Assembly: GCA_964016885.1 (NCBI GenBank)
Contig: OZ024743.1
Span: forward strand, 167,152,001 to 167,216,000
Length of the DNA: 64,000 nucleotides
Direction of reading: 5' to 3'
Source of the DNA: Eledone cirrhosa
Taxonomy: Eukaryota
Part shown: positions 13,070-25,334 of the stretch, piece by piece
How the letters are laid out: each line of letters opens with the position of its first letter
Position numbering within the stretch: position 1 is the stretch's first letter
Position numbers and translations under genes: made by a program
The notes under the pieces: model-generated
Databases searched by the model: none
Seen by the model: only the letters and a program-made list of their open reading frames with translations
Told to the model about the DNA's origin: nothing

Positions 13070-14510
13070 ATAACAGTTTTACAAATAAGCTTTGACGTAC
13101 CCTTTTAAAATGCAACCATTATTTTTGGAAGCCATCTGGATAGTGAATTGTTTATATTATTTTAATAAGTCTTAGTGTTAAGGACAATTAGTAAAAGACG
13201 GAGAGAAAGAAAAAAGACGGAGAGAAAGAAAAAGAAAAAAACGTGGAGAAATATCGGAGAGAGAGAAATGCATGGAGAAAAAAGAGAGAGATAAATAAAG
13301 ACAGGAGGAAAGAAAGAAAAAAAGAAAAAAGGAAGAAATAAGAAAAACAGAGGAAAGCAACAACAGAGAGATATCAAGTCATCAGACAGATAGAAAAACT
13401 CAAGAGAGAGAAATAATATATAGAGAGAGGGGGAGATAATGAAAACGTTACGTCATGTCATATTAAGTTGAGTTAACAATTTATATGAAATGAATAATAA
13501 AAATATAAATATTAATATTCATGAATGGGACATAAATATATATGAGAAATTAAACATTGTTTAATAATGATTATATGTTTAGTTTAAAACTTGAGATCAA
13601 TATACTAAAATTTGAGAAACCACTATCTTACGGCAAAGATAGACAAATATATATATATACACACGTCCTGAGAATAGAAATGTCTACTCAGGTCTACAAT
13701 ATAGACATACAAAACGCAAATGATTTCTCTTAATCACTGCTATACATTCCTTGTGTTATAAAAAGTTCACAGTATATATACATAAATATATACGATTAAC
13801 ATTCATGCCTTCATATATACGATTACCATTCATGCATTTAACATTTTGTTAAAATTATGCATATCTGCAATCAAAACTGCGTGGGTAGGCATGCACACAC
13901 ATAACTCTCACCCACACACATACATATACATATATATATACACATTGTCTATCTTTGCCGTAAGATAGTGGTTTCTCAAATTTTAGTATATTGATCTCAA
14001 GTTTTAAACTAAACATATAATCATTATTAAACAATGTTTAATTTCTTATATTATATATTTATGTCCCATTCATGAATATTAATATTTATATTTTTATTAT
14101 TCATTTCATATAAATTGTTAACTCAACTTAATATGACATGACGTAAAGTTTTCATTATCTCCCCCTCTCTCTATATATTATTTCTCTCTCTTGAGTTTTT
14201 CTATCTGTCTGATGACTTGATATCTCTCTGTTGCTTTTCTCTGTTTTTCTTATTTCTTCCTTTTTTCTTTTTTTCTTTCTTTCCTCCTGTCTTTATTTAT
14301 CTCTCTCTTTTTTCTCCATGCATTTCTCTCTCTCCGATATTTCTCCACGTTTTTTTTCTTTTTCTTTTTTCTCTCTCTCCGTCTTTTTCTAATTGTCCTT
14401 AACACTAAGACTTATTAAAATAATATAAACAATTCACTATCCAGATGGCTTCCAAAAATAATGGTTGCATTTTAAAAGGGTACGTCAAAGCTTATTTGTA
14501 AAACTGTTAT

Positions 14511-14586
14511 ATATTGTATTTTGTCTGATGAAGGCATACCATGATTTAATTTGGTATCCCTGAAATATGTATAATGAAATAAATAT
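14511..14586 (+). ncRNA. Type-I hammerhead ribozyme
   Basis: CTGATGA 14525-14531; helix II AGG-C-ATACCA/TGGTAT-C-CCT; GAAA 14562-14565; self-complementary helix III ATATGTAT; AUA triplet, predicted cut after 14573; helix I ATATT(G)TATTTTGT/ATGAAATAAATAT. Confidence 0.82.
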
Positions 14587-15312
14587 GGTTTTATAAATAT
14601 AGTTTCCATTTATTAATATCGTTGATATATATATATAATATATATATACACACACACGTGTGTTTGTGTGTGTATGCAAATAAAACCATCGATTGACCTA
14701 ATTTGTAAACATACCACAGACCCGTAAAAAAATATTATCTGCAGCAACTACAACCTCGTGTGTGTGCATGTCCTTCCAATTTTAAGAAGGCTGGGTATGA
14801 TTTGGAAGAAATTTGACTGCTATCTCAAGTAGGATGAGCAGTCTCATAGAGGTTTACTTGTCAGCATGGTAAATAGGATGGTATAGTGAAGATGTATGGC
14901 TTAATGTTTTGGGTGCTGGGTTCATAATCATAAGGTTGTGAGTTCAATTCAGTATATACTGTCCTTGATCAAGACTTATTTCACACTTCTTAAGTCCACA
15001 CATGTGGAAAGAATGAGTTGCAATGACACTAGCACCAACCAGTGTCAGCCTTTGCCTTTCCCTTAAAGAACATTAGTGGTGTAGAGAGGGGAGACTTGCA
15101 TGCATACGAATGATAGTTGGTCTTCCACAAAACAACCTTACCTAGGATTGTACTTTGGAGAGACAAACTAATGTCAATCAGTCATAGGTATATAACACTT
15201 AATAACTCATGTCTGCAATGAACCTTTTCCGTTGAGATGGTATTTACTGATCTTTGTATTTTATTTTTTCGTCTTTTTTTTATTTAATTTTTCTGTTTGT
15301 GTTTCCTTCTAG

Positions 15313-15441
15313 ATATTTGATTGCCTGTAGTTGTGGTGATAAGGTAAATACAATTGGTACAGAGTTAGACTATGAAAGATTAGGCCTGGCTAAAAATCAT
15401 GCTTACTCAGTGTTGGATGTTCAAGAGGTAGAAGGAAACAG
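15313..15441 (+). CDS. Calpain-15/SOL-like protease, exon with catalytic His
   Basis: tag|...|gtaagc, phase 2-2; YLIACSCG...GLAKNHAYSVLDVQEVEGN resembles CAPN15 FLMGASCG...GLRPRHAYSILDV (recalled sequence). Confidence 0.92.
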
Positions 15442-15711
15442 GTAAGCATTTCTTTCTGTTCTTTAACTGTTTTGATAGCAAACCACCTGGAACTGCACCT
15501 GGTTCTATTATATGTTGCTGTTTATTTTTAAATGTTTATATTTATCTGATAGCTTCACATATACCTCTCATGATTTTATGTAAGAATCATGTTCCAAACA
15601 CGAAGTTAATTTACGAAATCCCTTCAAATTCTTGGTTATTTTGAAAATCATTTAAAAATCATATGAAATATGGTAATGAAATGGTTAAATATTCATTTCT
15701 AAAATATACAC

Positions 15712-15900
15712 AATTGTTTCTACTTTTGGCACAAGGTCAGCAGTTACCCAGTATATTACTGGTACTTTATTTTATCGACCCCCGTAAGGATGAAAGGCAA
15801 AGTTAACCTCGGCGGGATTTAAACTCAGAACGTAAAGAGACGTAACTATGCTAGAAAGCATGGCGTCCAACCCTCTACCGATACTGCCAATTCACCGCCC
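15712..15900 (-). mobile_element. tRNA-derived SINE, family S2 (Meta-domain-like)
   Basis: Reverse complement matches 34698-34887. Confidence 0.8.
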
Positions 15901-16882
15901 TTCTAAAATATACACAATGTCTCATATTTAGAGAATGGATTAGTTAACTCATCTTATTTTATCTTCCCCAAATAGTGAAAAGTAAAATGAAGTGCCAATG
16001 GGATTTGAACTCAGAATATAACTAAATGTTGCAAAGCATTTTGTCTGTCATTCTACTGCTTCTGCTTCTTCTTATTCACCTACTTATTCCCGAGAGGGTC
16101 ATGGGGCAGAGTCCTCAAACACTCTTTCCAGCAAACCTGTCAGAAGCAACTGTCTCCAACTGATCTGGCTGGATCTCCAAGTGAGCCCAACAAAACTCAT
16201 GGATATTATCCAACTATCTTGCCCAGGGTCTACCCCTGGGTCTCCTACCGGTTGGTTTTTGCCTGTAAAATCCGTTCAGCAATTCTTTCCTGAGACATTC
16301 TAACCACATGCCCATGGTATTGGAGCTGTGATCTCTCAATTCTGCTCATTTACCAAATATATTGATTTGTTATTTATTTTACATGGACACAAGTCCTGAA
16401 TAAAGGAGATTGTGTTATCAGAAAGCTTTAATTTAGCAAGTGAAGTAACTTGACCCTTGCAAACCTTTAGCAAAGTCCACTCTATTGCAAGCATTGGGGC
16501 TAGGTTTTTGGTCTGACTGTAACTCTATATCATGAGGTGCTGCAGCAACCCATGTCTGTTTGTTTCTGTTCTATTTTCTTCTTGCTTGTCCTAGAGATCA
16601 GTGTAAAAAGTGTCATGGGCATTGCCCATCCTTCTCTGACTAAGCAATAAAAGAAAAAACTACACCGAAAACTGGATTTCAAATTACATCTATTTTATGA
16701 CATAAGCCCCTATATCTTCACATGTGAAATTTACGTTACTGGTATAATTTTCATCTATCAACTTGTGAATAAACCAATTAATTTTTTTTTTTTGTAATTG
16801 AGGTTATAGAAGTAAAGTTTAAAAAATATGAACAATTTTTATCTCATTAATTAATTTATTATTTGTTGACTTTTTTATGGAG

Positions 16883-17041
16883 ACTTCTCCAGATTCGTAA
16901 CCCCTGGAAATACCTCAGTTGGAATGGTAAATGGTCTAATGATTCTCCACTTTGGAAAACAATTAATTCAAACACAAAACATAAGTTACTTCAAAGATGT
17001 AGTGATGGAAAGTTCTGGATGTGTTTCAGTGACATCAGGAG
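16883..17041 (+). CDS. Calpain-15/SOL-like exon with catalytic Asn
   Basis: LLQIRNPWKYLSWNGKWSNDSPLW...DGKFWMCFSD; gag acceptor, gtatat donor, phase 2-2. Confidence 0.9.
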
Positions 17042-17442
17042 GTATATATCTTCTTTTAATTTTTTTTTTTGTTGGTATTAGTCATATCTGTTATAGTGAC
17101 TGTGGCTGGTGTTGTTGTGGTTACTGTTGGTGTCATTGTTGAGGTTTGTGTCAGTGTAAACATACATTTTTTGTTATCCAGAAATTTCAACAAATATACA
17201 AAGTCTATTGGTATTTGTGATGTTAGTGTCTGTTTGATCGATGTCTATAGTGTCAGTGTTGATGTGGTTGGTGATGGTGTCGATGTGGTTAGTGTCTGTA
17301 GTTGGTGTCAGTGTCTATGTGATTGATATTGGTGGTGTCTGTGGTTGATGTTGTTGGTCATTGTTTACCTTGTCTCCAAATTATTTCTAGATGGATACAC
17401 ATTTAACAGTTGTTATAAAATGACCTTCTTCCATTCTTTTCT

Positions 17443-20400
17443 ATCATCATCATCATCATACGTCCGCTTTTCCCTGCTTGCAAGCATGGGACGGGTCTTA
17501 TTCAGCACAGCATCTCTCCACTTGCCACGGTCCTTCGTCATCTCCACCATGAGCTTCAGCGATCTGAGGTCTGTTCTCACCACCTCCGCCCATGTTTTTT
17601 GTGGTCTACCTCTACCACGTCTTCCTTCAACTGGCATTTCCTGGCACTTCTTCACCCATCGGTCATCCTCCATGGGCATCACATGTCCATACCACCTCAG
17701 TCTCCTCTCCCGTACACTACATTCTATCCCTCTCAGACACAGTTTCTCTCTCAACACATTCATGCTGGGTTGTTCACGCACATTTACACTGCACATCCAA
17801 CGGAGCATGCTTGCCTCATTTCTCTCCAGCCGTCGCATATCCTCTGCAGTTGCTGCCCAAGTCTCACTACCATGCAGCATCGCGCTCCTCACACAGGCAT
17901 CATATAACCGACCTTTCGTACGCAGGGAGAAACCCTTCTTCATCAGCAGAGGAAGCAGCTCTCTAAACTTCTTCCAACCCGTCCTTATTATAGATACTAT
18001 GGCCTCGGAACACCCTCCTCCCATGCTAATCTGATCTGCTAGGTACCGGAAGCTATCCACCACTTCTATAGCACCCTCCTGCATTTGAAAAATGTGTCTA
18101 TCAGTGCGACTTCTACTGTCTAATTTCCCTGTACATCTACTGCATACATATTTTTCCCTACCTGTTAGTTTGCCTGCTATCCCACTACATCTCTTGTGTA
18201 CCCAGGATCTGCATTGTGTGCATTTTATACAATTTATGCCAGTTCCTTTTCTGCATATCGAACATGGCCATTTCCCTGATGGAATCAGAGTTTTGTCCTC
18301 TTTCCTACTTATAAACACTTTAGTCTTAGCTAGGTTCACTCTCAGTCCTCTTGCTTCCAACTGCTGTTTCCATAGCCAGAATTTATTCTCTAGCTCCTCT
18401 ACTGATTCTGCTATAAGAACCAGATGACAGATCGGGGTACCCTATCAAAGGCCTTCTCTGGGTCAACAAAGGCTAAGTATAGTGGCTTATTCTTCTCTAA
18501 GAACTTCTCTTGTAATTCTCTCACCAAGAAGAGGGCATCTGTTGTACTTTTCCCAGGCACAAAACCAAACTGCATCTCATCTCGTTTGACCCTTTCTCTA
18601 ATTAGTTGTGCTAATATCCTTTCTGCCACTTTCATAACCTGATCCATCAGTTTTATACCCCTATAATTGCTCCTCTCCAGAGCATCTCCTTTACCTTTGT
18701 AATAATTTATGAGAATACTGCTGCACCAGTCTTTGGGTATGACACCACCATATATAGCCTGATTGATGATGCGTGCAACCAGTTTAGTGCCTACGTCCCC
18801 TGATGCCTACAGTATCTCAGCAACTATCCCTGACGGTCCAGCAGCCTTTCAATTTTTCATTTCCTTAATTGTCTCTTGGACCCTATATTCATCAATCTCA
18901 ATAGTTGGTCCTTCTGTCGGATCTACTGAGGGTAATTTCTCTCTCTCCCCATTCATCACTTCTCCACATTCATCAGTCTCTCATAATGACATTTCCAGGC
19001 CTCCTTTTTCTGATCATTCGTGACACTAAGTACACCGGCATCATTCCGGACACATTTATCTCTAACAACATCCTGATTTGCCAATGTGGAACACCGCACG
19101 TCACTGATCTTCCCGTTGCAGAACATTGGCAAACCTCCTACTCTCAGCCTCCCTGCGTGCTAAGTACACCTGACGTCTAGCTTCTCTCTTAGCAGCTGTA
19201 TATCCTTCTCTACTCCCACCCTTTTTCCAAGCCTTTCATGCTAGTCTTTTGTCTCTAATGGCCCTATCTATTGTGCTGTCCACCACCAGGTCACTCTCTG
19301 TCTGGTTGGAGCTCTGCTCCAGCCACAAGATTCATCAGTAGCCTGCAGTAAGTTGTCACATAAGAAATTCCAGTTATTAATCTGTCATACGACTCTAAAT
19401 CGTCTTCTTTTTCGTCATACACATCTTGAAGGGCTTTCCTAAATTTGTATTTTAGTGACAGGTCTTTTAGCTTCCAGACCTTTCTTCTCCACACCTTCCT
19501 GTATGTCTCTTGCTTACTGAGATATCACTAACGACTAACCTATGCTGTGGGGTACATTCTTCCCCAGGGTATGCCTTGGTATTTGACACCATCTGCCTGT
19601 CCTGCTGCCTAACTAGTAAGAAGTCAATCTGGCTTATGTGCTCACCTGATTTGTAGGTTATTAGGTGGTTGGCAGGTTTCTAGAAGTTAGTGTTGCAAAT
19701 AGTCAGTGTACTTGCATCACAAAATACAAGAAGTCTCACTCCTTCTTCATTTCTTGAGCCGTAACCGTGCCCGCCATGTACCCCAGTGTAACCGTCCTGG
19801 AGCTGTCCAACATGACCATTGAAGTCCCCTGCTAGCATAACGATGTCTCCGTTCTCTGTCATTGCGGTTGTTTGTAAAAGTTGCTCGTAAAAGCAGTCTT
19901 TCTCATCTTTGCCTAGGCCTGCTTGGGGAGCATAGGCAGAGATGATTGTCAGTAGTCTCCTGCCTACAACTAATCTAAGTTTAATTATTCAATTACTAAC
20001 TCAAACTACCTCTATTGTCTTATTGATCCATCTCTCAGCCAGGAAAATGCCTACTCCCCCTAACCCATCATCCTTACCTACCCAGAATAGCTTATAGCTA
20101 AGACGCTTGCCTACGACTAGTCTCGCAGAGGCACCTCTCCATCTCACCTCTTGCACGCAGCACACATCCACATGCCTTCTCTCCAGCATCTCTGCTATTT
20201 CACCAGATCTACCTGTGAGAGTGCCAACATTAAGTGTTGCAACTCTGAGATGCGACGTCTTCATATTTTTGTTGTTCCTATATATTTGTTGCTGTGCTGA
20301 TAAGCGTTTTGGCATTGATACACTGGTTGGATGCCCTTCCTAACACCAGTGCCACTTTACAGCATGGACTGGGTGCTTTTATTTGTGCCACCAGCACTAG

Positions 20401-20450
20401 AGAGGATGTCTTACTGGACTCATAGGCCCTCTCTACCCCTCCATTTTACA
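17443..20450 (-). mobile_element. RTE family-2 LINE, second copy, RT core deleted
   Basis: Colinear with 7275-10620; ORFs 17413-18360, 18411-18647, 20001-20315; (CAT)n tail; YADD segment missing at about 18423. Confidence 0.92.
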
Positions 20451-20565
20451 CGATGATCATAACAAAAAAAAAAAATTAATTCTATATTCTATAGAATTAA
20501 TTTAAAAGGGTGTAATGTAATAATTAAACAAAAAAAAAAAGGATATAACTTTTTCTATTATCCAG

Positions 20566-20727
20566 AAATTTCAACAATATGGAAGTTTGCAAAGTCTGCC
20601 CAGACTGGCATGAAATGAGTATACAAGGGAGATTTTTGTCTCATGCTAACATGCCACTAAAAGTGAATATTTTGACTGTTCATAAAACTGCTGAATTTGA
20701 TTTTTCCATCTACCAAGACAGCAGGAG
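20566..20727 (+). CDS. Calpain-15/SOL-like exon
   Basis: cag|...|gtaagt, phase 2-2; NFNNMEVCKVCPDWHEMSIQGRF...FSIYQDSR resembles [23 protein letters not shown]...FALFQEGSR; not in the ORF track. Confidence 0.9.
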
Positions 20728-21882
20728 GTAAGTTGTTAATATTATATCCATCATCATCACTGTTTTACATCTATTTTCTACATTGGCATAGGTTGGATGG
20801 GTTGTCACGTTTTGAGACTAAACAAGTCCGTTGACCACATCTTGCTCATATGTTTTGGAATGGTGTTCTAACACCAACCTTTTTACAAGATGTACTGGGT
20901 GCATTTAATTGCAGCACCATCACCACCACTTTACAGAGTTTTTGGGGTGCACTTTAGAGTGTGTCAATGATAATTTTGTTAGGCATAATCATAGCTGGGG
21001 AGGTTAAGGTGTTGAATAACACAGTTGTAAATACAAATCTTACTGGAGCCATATCTCATAACTATGTATACTCTAGTTTTTCTGACTGACAAAATTCAAA
21101 TCCCACCTCTACTTCACAGCTGAATAGATATTAGAATATATCCATCTATAAGGTGGCAAGTTGGTAAATTCATTAGTGCATTGGAGTAAATGTTTTGCAG
21201 TATTTGTTCTGGCTTTCTATACTCCAGTATGAAATCCTGCTGAAGTTAATTTTACCTTTCATACCCAGAGTGGTACATTGGCAGAATTTTAGAGCATTTT
21301 ACAAAATTTATGATATGTGTTCTGAGTGCTCAGGCAGGTCTGGTGAACTTGTCTGTTCCTAGCTAACAAGATGATGTATCTTTTGGCTCTTTGTGTTCTG
21401 AATTCGCCTGCAATGACAAGGGTGCCAAGATGTATTGAACTTTGTCTTGGACAACATCAGCGGCATAATATTGTGTACATGGGTGACTGTTGGTCTTCCA
21501 TAAAAAAAAAATCACCCTTGGAGAGGGATTTTCCAGGTATAGATCCTTGGTTTCACAAAACCTCTGAAGGCTCTAAAAACAGATGTTTCAATAAAGGATC
21601 ATCTCACTTATGTAAACAAAGGAAAATGGCAATAAAATTGTAAAAAAGTTAAAACAATTTCCAAAACTACCTACCAGTACTCAGATTTATTGGTAAAGAA
21701 TTGATTGAACTGAATTAACTTATTTTATTACATTGTAATTTTAAATGTCTTTTTTTTTTTTAGATGGTAGTATGATTTCAGAGGAAGTTTTAACAGGTCA
21801 AACAATGAAGTAAAGAATCTTGCTTTAGTTTTGAGAGTGGTGACAGAATAAGGAAATTTAAGTCTTGCTTTGTATTTTTCAG

Positions 21883-22082
21883 AACCTGTTTTAAAGATGG
21901 AAAACCATGGTTACCAGTTGATATTTTGCTCCTTGTATTTAAGTACAACCAAAATGGCAAATGTATCCTTGGTGATTTAGTAAGCTGTCAGCGTAAAATA
22001 ACAGCTCAGATGAACTTAACTAATGTATTAGAAGTTGGAAGATATGCTGTAATCTGTGTAGGGTTTAATCATTGGAATGTTG
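21883..22082 (+). CDS. Calpain-15/SOL-like exon (SOL-homology domain)
   Basis: cag|...|gtaagt, phase 2-1; VDILLLVF...LEVGRYAVICVGFNHW. Confidence 0.9.
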
Positions 22083-22864
22083 GTAAGTTATTTATACACT
22101 GCATCTTCTGTTTTATCCATTCTAGATTTCTTGTAACATTGAGAAGGCAAGTAATAAAGCATTTATTTCTCTTTCTGACAACTTTTTAAATCAGATAATT
22201 AATTATAAAAAGCAACAAAACAGGCACTGCCTTTTCTGTCTAGTTAAAAAAATGTTTTGGTGGTGGAAGATAATTTCATCATCATCATCATTTAACATCC
22301 ACTTTTCCATGTTAGCATAGTTAGGGGGTGGTCATAACAGACCAAATCAGCATGCAATTGGTGCTGCAGTTCCCACAAACAGGCTAGCATGAGGGGGCAC
22401 CTCTCTCTTACATATGTTCCTACACTTCACAGTCTACTTGGTGCACTTCATTATGGCACCAGCACCATGTTGGCAAGTTTTCTATGGCTGGATGCCCTTC
22501 CTATCACTAACCACTTTACAGAGTGTACCAGGCACATTTTTGTGGCACCAGCAGAGAGTCTGTCATGTCTGTAGCATTGGAGAGTCCTATCAACACTTTT
22601 GGCATGGTTTCCACCAATAATGGCCTTCTTAATGCCAACCACTTTACAGAGTGCACTGAGTGCATTGTATTGTGGCACCTGTATTAAGGAGGTTGTTGAT
22701 TTGATGCTCTACTTGAAAATGTCTATATTGTGTATATTCTTTCTGTTAACTGCTCATGTGCAGTCGTGTGTATGTTGGTGTATATGTGGCTTGAATATGT
22801 GTGTGGTCTGGATGTATGTTTAGATATATGGTATGTAATATGTAAATATATATATATATATACA

Positions 22865-24180
22865 CACAGGGTGCATTAAAAAATTATCTAATTATATATT
22901 TTCTGCCAAAACTAATTCTGCGTAGGCAATATCCTTTGGCTGGGAGGTGACACCACCCTTCCTGCGCATGTGTGAACATTTTCGTGCCAGTGGGCTGCAT
23001 CAGTTCCTGGCTGTTAAGCCTAGAGTACAACATATAGTGTGTGCTCATCAGATTTTCATTTTCATGCAGGATGACAGAATGCGTTGAGCAGAGATATTGA
23101 ATCAAGTTTTGCAAAAAGCTTAGTCATGCTCAAGCTCAAACTGCCCAGAAGATTCAGCAGGCCTTTAGCGATGAAACCATAGGCAAAACTCAGATCAAGG
23201 AGTGGTACAAATGCTTCAAACATGGTCACACTTCAGCGGAGAGTGAGGCATGCTCAGACAGGCTATCCACAGCTAAAATGAGGAGCCAATTGAGAAGGTT
23301 CAGTGAATGGTCTTGGAAGACCGTTGTATAACAATCTTGGAAATTACTCATGAAGTGGGAATAAGCATAGGATCAGTACATTCCATTTTAACATAAGATT
23401 TGTGCATACAGAGAGTGTGATACAAATTCATCCCCAAGGTGCTGGCGGAGCAGCAAAAGCAACTCTGCATGTAAATCACAAAGGACATGCCGAACTGTGC
23501 AAACTAAGACCCAGACTTTATGAAGACCATCATTGCTGATGATGAGAGATGGGTTTATGATTACAACCCGGAAACCAAGTTCCAGTACTCCCAATGGAAG
23601 CATCCGTCATTACTAAGGCCCCAAAAAAGTATGACAGGTTCGCGGCAACGTGACGGTAATGTTGACATGTTTCTTTGACTCCCGTGATATTGTGCATCAT
23701 GAATATGCACCACAAAGCCAAACAATCAATAAGGAATACCACCTGGAGGTTATATGTTAGCATCATGATGCTGTGTGTTGAAAGCAGCGGGACATGTGGG
23801 TGGTGAAGAATTGGCAACTTCACTACAATGCACCCACTCATTCCACCCATATAATCCAAGCTTTCCTGGTCAAGAACAACACATCACTTGTTCAACAGGC
23901 TCCCTACTCTTCCAACTTGGCACCATGTGACTTATGGCTCTTCCCCAACTTGAAAACCATGCTGAAAGGGAAGTGATTTGAGTTGCAAGAAGAAATTATG
24001 AGAAAAGTTACGGTGGAGCTCCATAGCATTCCAGAGAAGGTTTTTTTTGGAGGTGTTACCAGCAGTGGCAGAACCACTGGGAGAAGTGTGAGAACTTTCA
24101 AAGTGATTCAATAAAATTTGTGAAATGTACAAGATTGATTTTTATGCCCAAAGATCATATACTTTTTGAACACACCTCGT
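22865..24180 (+). mobile_element. Decayed mariner transposon
   Basis: Broken frames: EQRY*IKFCKKL, IKEWYKCFK, IIADDERWVYDYNPETK, HYNAPTH, APYSSNLAPCDLWLFPNLK; right TIR ...tttttgaacacacctcg|ta, left TIR degenerate. Confidence 0.85.
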
Positions 24181-24480
24181 ATATATGATGAGATTTTCCC
24201 CAATTTTCATCTAATAAATTCTGTCCACAACTCATTGGTCAACCTGAGGTTCTGATGCTTCCTTCCACTTGGATCTGTTGGTACTTCTCCTAACACTCCT
24301 CATTCACATACATCCCATCCATACCAGCACAGCCACCTCCCTTGCACATTATAGCTTTTTCCTCTTATATCCATTTTTTTTTTTTTATTCAGCTTCACTG
24401 TCTTTCATCTTTCATACACATTAACATTATTCATTTAACAGAACATGGCTTTCTGTTCAGACTATAAATTTTGGTAAATT

Positions 24481-24714
24481 TATAGTACTTTCTCCCTCGA
24501 TTTCAGTGGGAAAATTTTTTTCTTTGGTTGTTTTTCGTGTGCTATTTTAACCTCCAAGTTGCTCGAAATTGACTCTTTTTCCAGGAAAACCCTAACACCC
24601 TCTACACCCCCTTTGTTTTCCTGGAAAAAAGTCAATTGTGAGGTCAGATTAGTTGATAGCACATGAAAAAATGAAAAAAAAGTTTTCCCACTGAAATCAA
24701 ATGGGATGTTCTAT
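24481..24714. mobile_element. Palindromic MITE
   Basis: Outer IR gatttcagtgggaaaa/ttttcccactgaaatc; inner IR ttttccaggaaaac/gttttcctggaaaa; tata termini. Confidence 0.65.
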
Positions 24715-24819
24715 AAAAATACTCATATTTCTTCCACGTTTACTACCCATGTCTTACTGCTATGCAGTATCATGTATTATTTCTATATTGTATTGAAAAT
24801 TATTTCATTTTGTTTGTAG

Positions 24820-24986
24820 ATAATTCTAAAGATCCCAAGCTGAATGTTGATCCTGTTCCATACAGACTTGTACTCCACTGTCCTAAAGCCTTTATACTGC
24901 GAGAGTTGACATCAAGTTTTGATGATTATTTCCTTTTGGCTGACACCATCATAAAACTTGCAATGGAGAAAGGCAAAATGCAACTG
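24820..24986 (+). CDS. Calpain-15/SOL-like exon
   Basis: tag|...|gtaata, phase 1-0; PYRLVLHCPK...LLADTIIKLAMEKG resembles HVLAVYSS...TLADAIILLTESRG. Confidence 0.88.
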
Positions 24987-25334
24987 GTAATATCAACTTA
25001 TATTTATGAACTCTTTTTGTGTTGTTGTTATTGTTGTCATTGTTATTTAGCCCTTGGTTATACCTGTTCAAGCAAATCTATAATGAAAGGAAAAACAAAA
25101 AAATACATTTCATCTGTGAACATCCAACTGTGACTAGTGCAAGCAACTCTGGATCATGTTATTTAATATGCCTCTTTATAAAATAATAGAGTGTAATTTG
25201 AAGAAGATTTAGCTGCTGTTTCTAGCAGGCTGAGTGACCACATAGTGGCTTATTTATTGGCTCAAACACTTTTTGTTGGTATATTGTGGTATCTTGATGG
25301 AGTAAAGAGAACAAGAGGATACACAGAAGAGCAA

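Larger units (their letters stand above)
12868..14621. mobile_element. Non-coding long inverted repeat (arms about 12959-13646 and 13945-14621), hammerhead motif in each arm, TA-repeat flanks; PLE/retrozyme-like
   Basis: About 680-bp arms are near-exact reverse complements; left copy appears to extend to (TA)n ending at 12867; no credible ORF. Confidence 0.8.

Noticed and set aside
14209-14216. Second CTGATGA in the inverted-repeat arm
   Set aside because: No helix II or GAAA follows
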